Positions 45,811 through 54,894 of a DNA stretch of 64,000 nt are shown here, piece by piece. The notes beneath the pieces are model-generated. The model was not told the origin of the DNA. It was given only the letters and a program-made list of their open reading frames with translations, and searched no databases. The DNA comes from a virus, in IMG/VR virus record IMGVR_UViG_3300017917_001271, positions 27,902-91,901 of that record. The stretch is one strand, 5' to 3'. How positions within the stretch are numbered: position 1 is the first letter of the stretch; every line of letters begins with the position of its first letter. Made by a program: the position numbers and the translations under genes.

Positions 45811-48627
45811 TTAACGAGCACTTCTTGGTACTACGTTTTGTGGTATAACATTATTAGCCGCTTGTCTTTCATACTCTTTTTGAGTATCTTGATTTATAAG
45901 ACTTCTATAAGCACCGCTTTGATTTCCCGATGCCGGTTGTGTAGCTACTCCGCCTGCTTTGAACCCTTCAGGAGCAGTTGCTCCAATTGCTACAGCAGAC
46001 TGAATTGTTTGAGCAGTTTCCGCATCAGTTGGCCACCCGCCAAATAGACGTTTAAGAAGTTCGTTAAGTTCACCAAGTTGACGTCTACGTTCTTCTTCGC
46101 GCTTACGTTCTTCTTCTTCTCCACCAGGTTGTGGATTTGGTCTTGGTGGCTGCGGCGGCACTGGTTGTGGTCTAACGTCGTCGTTATTATTGCTATTAGA
46201 ATACATGTAAATACCAAGAGCAGCAAGCGCAGCTAGTATTGCTAGCCATTTGTTATTCTTAACAAGACGTGCAAATCGTCCACCTAAATTACCAAGTTTA
46301 TAAGCCCAGTTTTTAGCTACATCATCTGCTGCGCCTCTAACGCCTTTGGCAGCATCGTCTACGGCGCCGGCGACACCTTTGGCAGCATCGTCTACAGCAC
46401 CTGCAACACCTTTAGCAGCATCATCTGCTCCAGATTTTACACTACCACGAACCATATCATCAACGGCCTTCGCAGCATCTTGAGCTTGAGCCTTCTTACC
46501 TGCTTTCTTACCTTGTTTCAGACCCATTTCTTCGGCGGACTTTAGTAATTTTTTGCCATTCTTAGCTGTAGCTGTCCAATAGCCGTCAGCTTGTTGACGC
46601 CAGACAGTTGTTCCTTGTTTAACTACAGCCCCAGTGAGCTCTTCTCCGCCTTTTGAAAAAATACTAGTACCTGCAGATGCAGCTGACCTAGCTACATCGT
46701 CCGCACCGGACTTTACTCCTCCTCTTACTAGAGCATCAAATACACCTTCGCTTACTCCAGAAAGTTTAAGAATTCTTGCTAACTCTGAAGATTCAGCAAG
46801 TGTCGGTGGAGCAACTGCACTTGCTTCATCGGGTACCATAATATCGGCAAGTGCTAATAACTGATCTGGAGTAATTGTTTTACCTTGTTGACCTACTTGT
46901 GCTAATGCTGCTTGTAATTGTTGAGTATTAATTTGTTCAGAACCAGCCTGTGGTGCTGATTGTGCCACAGTGGTATCTCCGCTTGGCACTGCATTTTGAG
47001 AGGCAGATTGGTTAACATCTGAACGACTTGTATCTGCACCTTGATAAACTTGATCTGCTTGATCTCCTGCACTAGCAGTTGTAGTAGTAGTACTAGTACT
47101 AGTACCACCTAACCCGTATTTCTTTGCAATTTCAGGATACTTATCAATTGCTCCTCGAACCTCTGGTCCCATTCTACCGTCCGGCCCGTATTTAGGAAAT
47201 GCTTTCTTATCAGTTTTTAAAACTTCTCTTTGGAATGCTTCAATATTTTTGTCTTTTGCTGGCTGAGGGCTGACCGGTCTTGTACCTGGTACTTTGCTGT
47301 CAGGCTCGCCGATAGTCATAGCCGCCGCAACAGGAGCAACGACGCCTGTAGTAGTGCCGCCCACCACTTTAGCAACTTTTCCTCCGCCAAACTTTGCAAC
47401 AGTTTTTGCTCCTAGATTATATAAACCAGCTCCGGTTGCAATAGCACCTGCAAGGTCTCCTGGGGTCATATTACCAAACATATTGTCTGGTGACATTTCA
47501 TAACCAGTAACTGCTTTCACTGCATTTCGTAAATTCGTGGCTTGACCACTTCTATTATATGCATCAGTTTGTCCTCTGAGCTTGAGTAATTCTGCATCGT
47601 AACTAGTGTTCGGATCATTTCGGCTACTAGCCCATGCTGCAATTTTGTCGGCAAACCCAACTGTAGCTGAGTTTGCAAAATCTTTAATATTTTGTCCTAT
47701 ATGATCGCTAGTATCGTATTGCGCATAACCTTTTTTAATCATATTAATGTTATGCTGCGATTGTGCTGGAGTTAAGTACCCTGTACTAGTAGGTTGATAT
47801 ATTTTAGCGTTGGCTTTTTTCCCCGCTGGAGTCAGTGATAATTCAACTAATAAATTTTTTTCTAAATTGCTTACAGATTCGTTAGCAGGTGTAGCTGCAC
47901 TACCTTGACGTGTTGTATTGCCTGCAGGCGTTGTTTTCGGTGCAGGCAATTTCTTAATAGCTTCAATTAATGCGTTGATCTTGGCAATTAATTCATTACG
48001 CATTCTAATATAATTTTCGTAATTTGCTTTGTATTCTACAGCATCTCCGTCGGCGGCCTTGAGTAATGGCTCAATATCTTGACGAGTCTTATTAATTAGT
48101 TGATGTTCTTCTGGAGTAATAGCTTCTAATAAATTAGTGTTGATTCCAAATTCTTTTAATAAAGATTCTGCAAGTCCTTCTTTAACAGGAGCTTCTATTG
48201 CTTTTTTGATTAGCTCGTCTGCCTTATCAATTTGTTGATAAAGTTTTTCAGCAGTTTGACTATTAGGTTTTGCAATCTTTTCGTCCTGCCCCATCAGTCC
48301 CCAAACTTTTGTTTTAGCCGCATCTGGAATTAATCCCTTGGCTGCTAACTGTCTTACTTCAGCTTCGTATCCGCCAAACCAAGCAAACTTACCATCCTTG
48401 GCATTGACAAACTTACCTGAAACAGGATCGAATAAACCTGGAAAATTATACTGTCTTGCAATCTCACCAATTTTAGCGGCACGTTGGTTATCGTCAGTGA
48501 TACCTCTAACAGCCGCAGTATAATCAGCAAGTCTTAGACCTACCTTTTCCATTAGGTCTTCCATTTCTGCTAAAAAATGTTGTCTTTTTATTTCGTCAAG
48601 TTTTTCAAGTACTGAGCGTAAATCCAT
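45811..48627 (-). CDS. Large multi-module protein (probable internal head/ejection protein) with a PG-binding-like domain, 11-aa repeats and a TM helix
   Basis: IEAFQREV..KYGPDGRMGPEVRGAI (PG_binding_1-like), (DDAAKGVAGAV)n, WLAILAALAALGIYMY, a Pro-rich linker and several (L/V)xE sites. Confidence 0.55.
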   Translation of the reverse strand: MDLRSVLEKLDEIKRQHFLAEMEDLMEKVGLRLADYTAAVRGITDDNQRAAKIGEIARQYNFPGLFDPVSGKFVNAKDGKFAWFGGYEAEVRQLAAKGLIPDAAKTKVWGLMGQDEKIAKPNSQTAEKLYQQIDKADELIKKAIEAPVKEGLAESLLKEFGINTNLLEAITPEEHQLINKTRQDIEPLLKAADGDAVEYKANYENYIRMRNELIAKINALIEAIKKLPAPKTTPAGNTTRQGSAATPANESVSNLEKNLLVELSLTPAGKKANAKIYQPTSTGYLTPAQSQHNINMIKKGYAQYDTSDHIGQNIKDFANSATVGFADKIAAWASSRNDPNTSYDAELLKLRGQTDAYNRSGQATNLRNAVKAVTGYEMSPDNMFGNMTPGDLAGAIATGAGLYNLGAKTVAKFGGGKVAKVVGGTTTGVVAPVAAAMTIGEPDSKVPGTRPVSPQPAKDKNIEAFQREVLKTDKKAFPKYGPDGRMGPEVRGAIDKYPEIAKKYGLGGTSTSTTTTTASAGDQADQVYQGADTSRSDVNQSASQNAVPSGDTTVAQSAPQAGSEQINTQQLQAALAQVGQQGKTITPDQLLALADIMVPDEASAVAPPTLAESSELARILKLSGVSEGVFDALVRGGVKSGADDVARSAASAGTSIFSKGGEELTGAVVKQGTTVWRQQADGYWTATAKNGKKLLKSAEEMGLKQGKKAGKKAQAQDAAKAVDDMVRGSVKSGADDAAKGVAGAVDDAAKGVAGAVDDAAKGVRGAADDVAKNWAYKLGNLGGRFARLVKNNKWLAILAALAALGIYMYSNSNNNDDVRPQPVPPQPPRPNPQPGGEEEERKREEERRRQLGELNELLKRLFGGWPTDAETAQTIQSAVAIGATAPEGFKAGGVATQPASGNQSGAYRSLINQDTQKEYERQAANNVIPQNVVPRSAR
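46312..46480 (-). repeat. 33-nt tandem repeats encoding DDAAKGVAGAV
   Basis: cctttggcagcatcgtctac recurs at 33-nt spacing, with degenerate flanking copies. Confidence 0.85.
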
Positions 48628-48628
48628 T

Positions 48629-49264
48629 TTATTTTCCTGATTCGAATTTTAATCCTGGGTTTGTTGGGTGACGACCTGGTAGTCCAATATAATCTAACCC
48701 ACGACCAAACATATTTGATTTTTCTAAATATTCTGGACTAAGCCCATCTTTTCCGATAATGCGTGATATAGTTGTTGGATCTGTTGTTTTTTCCCATTCA
48801 GCAGGCGGAAGAATTTTTTTATCTCTAGGAACCATGCCTTGCTGCACTGCTTTGATTCTATATTCTAGTTGCTTCTTTTCCCAAGGCTGTGTAGCCTGTT
48901 GCATCATAGCAGTTAGTTGACTAATGTAACCCTGTGCTAAAGATGCTGCATCTTCAAATGTTTTGCTTCTTTCTAAAACTCTTTTAGAAATATTTTGTGC
49001 ATATTGTGACAACAACGCTTTACGTTCTTGTGTTTTTTGCAAAGAACTTTCTTCGGCTTCTTTAAAATACTTACGCAATAATGAATCTTTTGTAGAACTA
49101 TCTTTTTGATAGTGTTGCATGGCCATTTGTACAGGCAATGTAACTTTGTGCGGATTAGCACCTTCATTTAAGACACGATTATTGTCTACTTCTTCTTTTA
49201 TAATTTTAACATCGTTCTTGTCCACGATGGACAAGAACTTTGTTATGTCATTTTTAAGACTCAT
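48629..49264 (-). CDS. Hypothetical protein (probable internal head protein)
   Basis: VLNE-G and IKE-E sites; lies in the internal-protein block. Confidence 0.55.
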   Translation of the reverse strand: MSLKNDITKFLSIVDKNDVKIIKEEVDNNRVLNEGANPHKVTLPVQMAMQHYQKDSSTKDSLLRKYFKEAEESSLQKTQERKALLSQYAQNISKRVLERSKTFEDAASLAQGYISQLTAMMQQATQPWEKKQLEYRIKAVQQGMVPRDKKILPPAEWEKTTDPTTISRIIGKDGLSPEYLEKSNMFGRGLDYIGLPGRHPTNPGLKFESGK

Positions 49265-49265
49265 A

Positions 49266-50963
49266 TTACAGTCCTGCTAGTGCTTTGATGCGATTAAACT
49301 CTACTGATTCTGCAGCTGGTGTAGATGGTTCAGTAGTTGGATTCATATCTGGTGCTGATTGAGCGGGTTCCTGTCCCGCGGTCTTTGCTGGATCAGACCC
49401 CATTGTAGCACCAGTAGCTTGACCTGCTGCACTACCTTGTAATCCCATCATTTTGCTGTCAATGAATTTAGCAATTGAGCCTGGAGTTGTTGCTTCAGCA
49501 GCTAATGCTTGTTCTAAACCTTTAGGATCCATTTGTTTGATCTGTTGAAGAACTGCTGTTAAATCAGGTTCACCTGTCTCGTCTAGTTCTAATTCTAAAC
49601 TAGGTGCTAGTGAATCTAAATTTTCTTTAAGAGCCTTGGCCTTTAACTTCCATGATTCTGAATACTTGTCGTGTTTGTCACGAATAGCATCCATTTTCTT
49701 TTCGCTTGCACCGTCTTTACCAGCTTTAGCTAAAGCCTTCATTCCGTCCTTGCCATACTTTTCATTACCTTTGGCAGCACGGCTCATGGTCTTTTTATCT
49801 GATTCAGCAACTTTTTGTTCTTTCTTTTTCTTGCCAGCACGTAAATCTGCTAGATCATCTGCTTCGATATCGTCGTCGTTGTCTACATCTAGTTTATGCT
49901 GATTGCCTTTTAAGGCTTCTTTTACTGGGTATTCTTTACCACCTACAGTAATTTTTTCGCCTTTTTGTACGCCGTCTGCTTTGGCTTTGCGAACTGCATT
50001 TCCAAATGCATTACCTTCCTTACCAACCTTCTCGCCTTTTTTAGGTTTGTCTTTTGGCTCGTTACCTTCAGCATACACACCTTGGCCGAATGTTTCATCT
50101 ACTGCTTTTTCTTTCTTACGATTGTCAAACTTTTCACCGTCTTTCATGCCCCATGTGCCTGACTTAGACTGTTTTAACTTCGGAGCACGATCTTTCTTCT
50201 CGGCAGCACTCATAGCCTTAGCGTGGCTCTTTTTGCCTTTACCAGATTTTTCTTCACTGTCTCCGCCGTCATCGTAACTGCTTGGATCGCGTTCGTGACG
50301 AATACCAGTCGCTGTCTTAGTTACAGTACCGCCCTGATGAGTTTTAGTAGTATCACCGACTTTCTTAAGTCCGCCTTGATCTTCTTCCATTTCCTCGTCG
50401 TCTGGAATGCCGTTATTATTAGCATCCATACGCTTATGAGCAGCCTTAGTTGCCTTTACAAGTCTCTTGTACTTGTCGACTTTAGTTTTAACATGATCTG
50501 GAATAGCTTTTGGTTCTTCGTAGACCATTCCGCTTCCACCGCACTCTGCACATGGACGCTCTCCGCCACTGAGTACACCTTCTTCAACCTTTTTACCAGA
50601 CATCTTATCTGCTTGCATCTTCTTCAATGCTGCAACCTTTTGACGAGCTTCAGTTAACTTATTAAGAATTTGAGCTTTCTGGCCTTCACTCATAACTTCT
50701 GCATTAGATAAGTGTTCACCGTACTCATTGAATTTCATTTCATACTCTAAGTAGTGATAAACACTGGCAATATAATCTGCAGCTTTAGTGATCTTAGCCT
50801 GTACCCAACCTTCTAGTTGTGCAGAATCGTCTAATTTCTTAAACAATTTAAGAGAATAATTAGCTAATTTGTAAAGATCAGCACGGGCCATTGCGCCTTC
50901 GTGATCTTGTTGTGCGCCAGCTGGTGCTGGATTTAATGTATCTGGTTGCATGTCGTCGTGCAT
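49266..50963 (-). CDS. K/E/D-rich low-complexity protein (probable prohead core/internal protein)
   Basis: Highly charged with many (V/L/M)xE sites, CAECGGSG and DxDxD loops. Late promoter GCTAAATA at 50985-50992. Confidence 0.55.
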   Translation of the reverse strand: MHDDMQPDTLNPAPAGAQQDHEGAMARADLYKLANYSLKLFKKLDDSAQLEGWVQAKITKAADYIASVYHYLEYEMKFNEYGEHLSNAEVMSEGQKAQILNKLTEARQKVAALKKMQADKMSGKKVEEGVLSGGERPCAECGGSGMVYEEPKAIPDHVKTKVDKYKRLVKATKAAHKRMDANNNGIPDDEEMEEDQGGLKKVGDTTKTHQGGTVTKTATGIRHERDPSSYDDGGDSEEKSGKGKKSHAKAMSAAEKKDRAPKLKQSKSGTWGMKDGEKFDNRKKEKAVDETFGQGVYAEGNEPKDKPKKGEKVGKEGNAFGNAVRKAKADGVQKGEKITVGGKEYPVKEALKGNQHKLDVDNDDDIEADDLADLRAGKKKKEQKVAESDKKTMSRAAKGNEKYGKDGMKALAKAGKDGASEKKMDAIRDKHDKYSESWKLKAKALKENLDSLAPSLELELDETGEPDLTAVLQQIKQMDPKGLEQALAAEATTPGSIAKFIDSKMMGLQGSAAGQATGATMGSDPAKTAGQEPAQSAPDMNPTTEPSTPAAESVEFNRIKALAGL

Positions 50964-50987
50964 GGTATAAACTCCGTTATCGTATAT

Positions 50988-51614
50988 TTAGCTTCTTTTA
51001 ATGGCCGAGCCACCAAATAAATTAGCACCTTTCATATCTAGTGCATTTACAGCAGTTCCTGCTTTGGTTTTAGGTTGTTTTACTTTAGGCTGTGGAGGTG
51101 CTTTTGTACCTGATTTTCCACCCCAAGGATCACCAATATAACTCTTTTTACCGCGGGCTTTTCCTGGGCTAAGTTGTGGTGCATCTACTGTTCCTACGTT
51201 AGCAGCACTAGTAGCACCGGGCGTTGCAGTTTCGTCTAGCTGTGAAAGTCGTTGTTCTATGCGATTAATAGCAGCTTTTATATCTCGCTGTTTGCTCCAA
51301 AAACTGTGGTCATCGCTGTATTCGTAATTAGGATCAAATTCAGCTTTTAGTTTTTTTAACTTATCTTCAAGTTCTGGGCGATTAGCACGATCTTTTTCTA
51401 ATGCATCGGATCTAGCTTTCTCATCTGCAGCCGCACGTTTCTTATCTAATCGAGACTTAGCACGAGCTAAACCTTGCTCTCGTTTTGAGATAATTTTATC
51501 ATGGTCTCCAGGATACTTAAAGGCTTTATCCATTTGTGCCATAGCCTTACTCATGGTAGCTTTTTTAGTGTAGTCACCTAAGCTGATTTCACTTAAAATA
51601 TCTGTTACTTTCAT
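50988..51614 (-). CDS. Hypothetical protein with capsid-targeting-like N-terminus
   Basis: N-terminal MKVTDILSE-I and internal QLDE-TATPGATSA. Confidence 0.55.
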   Translation of the reverse strand: MKVTDILSEISLGDYTKKATMSKAMAQMDKAFKYPGDHDKIISKREQGLARAKSRLDKKRAAADEKARSDALEKDRANRPELEDKLKKLKAEFDPNYEYSDDHSFWSKQRDIKAAINRIEQRLSQLDETATPGATSAANVGTVDAPQLSPGKARGKKSYIGDPWGGKSGTKAPPQPKVKQPKTKAGTAVNALDMKGANLFGGSAIKRS

Positions 51615-51844
51615 TATTTTTTCCTTATACCCGGGCCAATTGGTTTTTCTCCTGTCAGTTTAGGTAAACTAAACCATAGTTGAAACCATTCAGGTGTTCC
51701 TGGTTTTATATCGTGTTTTTTCATTAGCTCGCCTTTTTCGTTGCCAGTTAAACTGATATTACTACCGTCTTCGATAGAATACTCTGTTAAACCTGGAAAA
51801 GGTTTAATACCAGCTAACTTTTTAATTTGAGCTAGTTCGTCCAT
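51614..51844 (-). CDS. Hypothetical protein
   Basis: MDELAQIKKLAGI...IKPGTPEWFQLWFS. Confidence 0.6.
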   Translation of the reverse strand: MDELAQIKKLAGIKPFPGLTEYSIEDGSNISLTGNEKGELMKKHDIKPGTPEWFQLWFSLPKLTGEKPIGPGIRKK

Positions 51845-51845
51845 A

Positions 51846-52286
51846 TTACTTTAATGTTGCTCTTAACATCCAACTGTGCTTTTTGTGTGCATCTTGGCGT
51901 GCCGCAAAGAAATCACTTAGACCGTGATCGCCGCGTTCCTCAGCTAGTTGAAAAATAGCTTTAAAAATATTAGCCATTTTTTCACTATCTTCATATAGTT
52001 CCATAAGCATACTACGCTCGTCTAACATTTGAGTTTCGTCTTGAATAACAGTTAGCATATTAAAACGTGAAAAACTTGCAGGTGTATATGTTCCTACTTT
52101 GCGTAGATTCTCGGCAAAGTCGTCAATCACTCCATAGACTTCGTCATAAATTTTTTCAAATAGTGCATGATATTGAGGAAAGTTAGGACCTTCGACATTC
52201 CAATGAAAGTTTTGTGCTTTTAGTGCAAATGCATATTCACTAGCAAATGCTGTTTTTAATGCTGCAAAATATTTTTCGTCTTCCAC
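51846..52286 (-). CDS. dps: Dps / ferritin-like DNA-protection protein
   Basis: Dps signature KAQNFHWNVEGPNFPQYHALFE, plus DDFAENLR and KHSWML. Confidence 0.92.
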   Translation of the reverse strand: MEDEKYFAALKTAFASEYAFALKAQNFHWNVEGPNFPQYHALFEKIYDEVYGVIDDFAENLRKVGTYTPASFSRFNMLTVIQDETQMLDERSMLMELYEDSEKMANIFKAIFQLAEERGDHGLSDFFAARQDAHKKHSWMLRATLK

Positions 52287-52288
52287 TT

Positions 52289-53299
52289 TTAAACTCCGTA
52301 TTTGTTCTTTTTAGGCTTGGCTACTGGGCTTGTTTTATTTACATCTGCTACTTCTTGACTGCGGTTACCACTCCAGTTTTGTATAGTGCCTGCACCTACT
52401 TGTTTAGCAGCGGCCTTGACCATTTCAAACTCTTCGTCGGTATATGTGGATAATAGCGGATCACCACCTATCCAGTTATCTGCTTCCATTTCAGTTGGAT
52501 AAGTTGGAGCACCAGCTAATGCAAGACCCATTCTATAATTCTTGTAAGCACTACCAGTACTTTGATTTAAACCAGGTATAGTTAATGCATTTCTCATTGC
52601 AGATTTCTTTTCTTTGTCTATACCTTTTGTTCCGCCTTTGCCAACTTTACCAGCTGAGCCTTCTGCAACTGATTCTTTCTTAGTTTTGTCAGGATACTTT
52701 AGTAAGTAATGAGCTACAATGTCAAATAACGGATATGCCTTATCGCCTATAGTGATCATGGCATCTGGAGATATGCCGGCATCTGTGTAAAACTTTTTAC
52801 GATCGCCGTCTCGTACAGACTGTCTTAAATCTGTAGCTCTTGCAAGTCTCTTAGTTTGCTTCCAGTCAATCTGAGCAAATTTATAACCGCCATGCTTTTG
52901 ATTAAAAAGACCGTTGTATTTTTGTAAATTACTTGCTAACCATGCTTCGTCGGTGTAAACATTTAATTGAACATTTTCTCCGTATTTTTCATAGATATTC
53001 GTAGCCATTACAAATAGGTCATGTTCTGCGATAACATGGCCTTTAATACCTGGCCATACAGCTGCCATGGCCTGTAATTTAACATCGTATGGTAACGGGT
53101 CTTTAGGACCTTCTGTATCTTCGTTAGTGCCTACAAACCAGATAGGATTTTTACTAGCCGCCTTCCAAACTTCTCTGTGGCCTTTGTGTGGAGGGTTCCA
53201 GCGACCGTAGCAGATGCCAATAGTTTTTAAACTACCATCAAATGGCTTAGTGTCGTCTGCTATTTCGTATACGTTTTCGAATAATTCTCTTAGTCTCAT
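52289..53299 (-). CDS. HIGH-superfamily nucleotidyltransferase (cytidyltransferase-like) fused to an unrelated C-terminal module
   Basis: YGRWNPPHKGH (HxGH), KDPLPYDVK, ARATDLR. The start MRLRELFE at 53299 has an ATGA overlap. Confidence 0.75.
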   Translation of the reverse strand: MRLRELFENVYEIADDTKPFDGSLKTIGICYGRWNPPHKGHREVWKAASKNPIWFVGTNEDTEGPKDPLPYDVKLQAMAAVWPGIKGHVIAEHDLFVMATNIYEKYGENVQLNVYTDEAWLASNLQKYNGLFNQKHGGYKFAQIDWKQTKRLARATDLRQSVRDGDRKKFYTDAGISPDAMITIGDKAYPLFDIVAHYLLKYPDKTKKESVAEGSAGKVGKGGTKGIDKEKKSAMRNALTIPGLNQSTGSAYKNYRMGLALAGAPTYPTEMEADNWIGGDPLLSTYTDEEFEMVKAAAKQVGAGTIQNWSGNRSQEVADVNKTSPVAKPKKNKYGV

Positions 53300-54447
53300 T
53301 TTGGTGTCCAACGTTTTCTAGGTACTAATTTAACATTACCAAATTGTTTGTTAGTGTCCGCATATCTTACACGACCTTCTCCGTGCGTGTCCCATATATC
53401 CGCAGAGTGTCCGGATTCAATTTGATCAATTACATTATCTTTAATATCTTGTATTTGTCGTACTAGTGTAAAGATTGCTTCTAATGCGCCATTAAATTGT
53501 TGACTCAGTTGATTAATTTTTTGTTGTTTAGGACCGCTAACTCCACTACTGCCTAGCCATTGGAAGAACAAATCTGTTCCTATATTATCTAAGTTTTTTG
53601 CCTTAGCAGTCTGATTAACAAATTTATACAAAATGTCCTTAAGGTCACTCATACCTGGAACACCTTGTAAAAATCCATCTATCTGTGCTGAATGTTTTTT
53701 AACATACGCTTCAGTTTGGTCTATGGCTTTGGTGTCTACTTTTATTTCTGACTGATTATATATTGGCCCTTGGACAATTAAGTTAGGTGTTTGATTAAAC
53801 ATACTAAAATCGTCCATAGGTTCTTGTTCACTGTCATCCATTCCAAAGTCTGGAAAGTAAGCATGACCAACAACCATAACTTGCGCTCGACTAATTCTTT
53901 GTCCTAGTTCACTAGTTGATCTAACATGATAACAAGTTTGACTATGTGGATTAGGACAGAATGTATAAACTCCATCTTGTCCTAATTGCGGGCGTTGTAA
54001 AAATAGTCCATCGGCGTACACGAAGCCAACAAAGTCTTTTGGAGTTGCAGCATCAAACAATGGTTGTAGAGCAGCAAATTCTTTAGCAAATCTTTGACGT
54101 TCTGCTTGTTGCTCAGGTGTTCCAGGCTTGCCGCTTTGATTAGCAATAAAGTTGTAGATGTCTTTTTTATTAGAATATTTTGCACCACGACTCCATCCGT
54201 TATGTCCGGATAGTATTAAAGGACCTCCAGCTTGCTCTCTGCCCCAGTATATCTGAGGATTACCGTCCCATTTCATTCTTACTGACTTAGCGCCTGATTG
54301 TGTAGCAAGATCTTTTAAATGTTCTAGTGCTTCTATAGTGCCAGCACTTCCGTGAAAGAATACCAAGTCTTCGAGGTGATTAAACGCACGGCCTAGTTTC
54401 TTTTTTGCCGGTGCATTTTCAAAATAAAATAATTCTCGAAGTAACAC
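53296..54447 (-). CDS. Ligase/capping-enzyme-like nucleotidyltransferase (KxDG; DUF6267-like)
   Basis: NHLEDLVF, RMKWDGNP (motif I), YADGLF, HGEGRV and VKLVPR (motif IV/V-like). GTG start at 54447 with an AAGGA SD. Confidence 0.55.
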   Translation of the reverse strand: MLLRELFYFENAPAKKKLGRAFNHLEDLVFFHGSAGTIEALEHLKDLATQSGAKSVRMKWDGNPQIYWGREQAGGPLILSGHNGWSRGAKYSNKKDIYNFIANQSGKPGTPEQQAERQRFAKEFAALQPLFDAATPKDFVGFVYADGLFLQRPQLGQDGVYTFCPNPHSQTCYHVRSTSELGQRISRAQVMVVGHAYFPDFGMDDSEQEPMDDFSMFNQTPNLIVQGPIYNQSEIKVDTKAIDQTEAYVKKHSAQIDGFLQGVPGMSDLKDILYKFVNQTAKAKNLDNIGTDLFFQWLGSSGVSGPKQQKINQLSQQFNGALEAIFTLVRQIQDIKDNVIDQIESGHSADIWDTHGEGRVRYADTNKQFGNVKLVPRKRWTPK

Positions 54448-54449
54448 AA

Positions 54450-54821
54450 TTAGTCCTTGTACTTGCCGTCTTCGTAATCTTTGCAAACATCATCATGTAA
54501 TTTTTTGCAAATTTCCTCAAACATTTCTTCTTCTAAACTGTTAGACAAATGTCTAATTGGAAACTTTTTGCAATATTCTTTGTAGCTTTTTTCTACAGCA
54601 GATTCAAAGAAATCAGGCGATGTGTCTTTTTTAGATTTTAAACTATCTACACATTTAATTATACTAGGAAATACATGACGTCTGTAAGTGTCGTCGTCGT
54701 TATTCATGAAGTACGTCAAGTCCTCAACTAAATCGTAGTTGATTCGCTCTCCATCTTCGTCTTTGGTAACAAAGTCTAAATCGTTAAATTTCTTACCTTC
54801 TAGTAGTTCTCGTATTCGCAT
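54450..54821 (-). CDS. Hypothetical protein with capsid-targeting-like N-terminus
   Basis: MRIRELLE-G, behind late promoter GATAAATA at 54869-54876. Confidence 0.6.
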   Translation of the reverse strand: MRIRELLEGKKFNDLDFVTKDEDGERINYDLVEDLTYFMNNDDDTYRRHVFPSIIKCVDSLKSKKDTSPDFFESAVEKSYKEYCKKFPIRHLSNSLEEEMFEEICKKLHDDVCKDYEDGKYKD

Positions 54822-54868
54822 ATTTTGAGCCCATAAATTATAGTCACAGTGATTCTGTAGTAATATAC

Positions 54869-54876
54869 TATTTATC
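54869..54876 (-). promoter_or_regulatory. Putative late promoter (GATAAATA)
   Basis: Intergenic; heads the internal-protein block. Confidence 0.6.
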
Positions 54877-54894
54877 GGAAAAAGGTTTTAGGGG

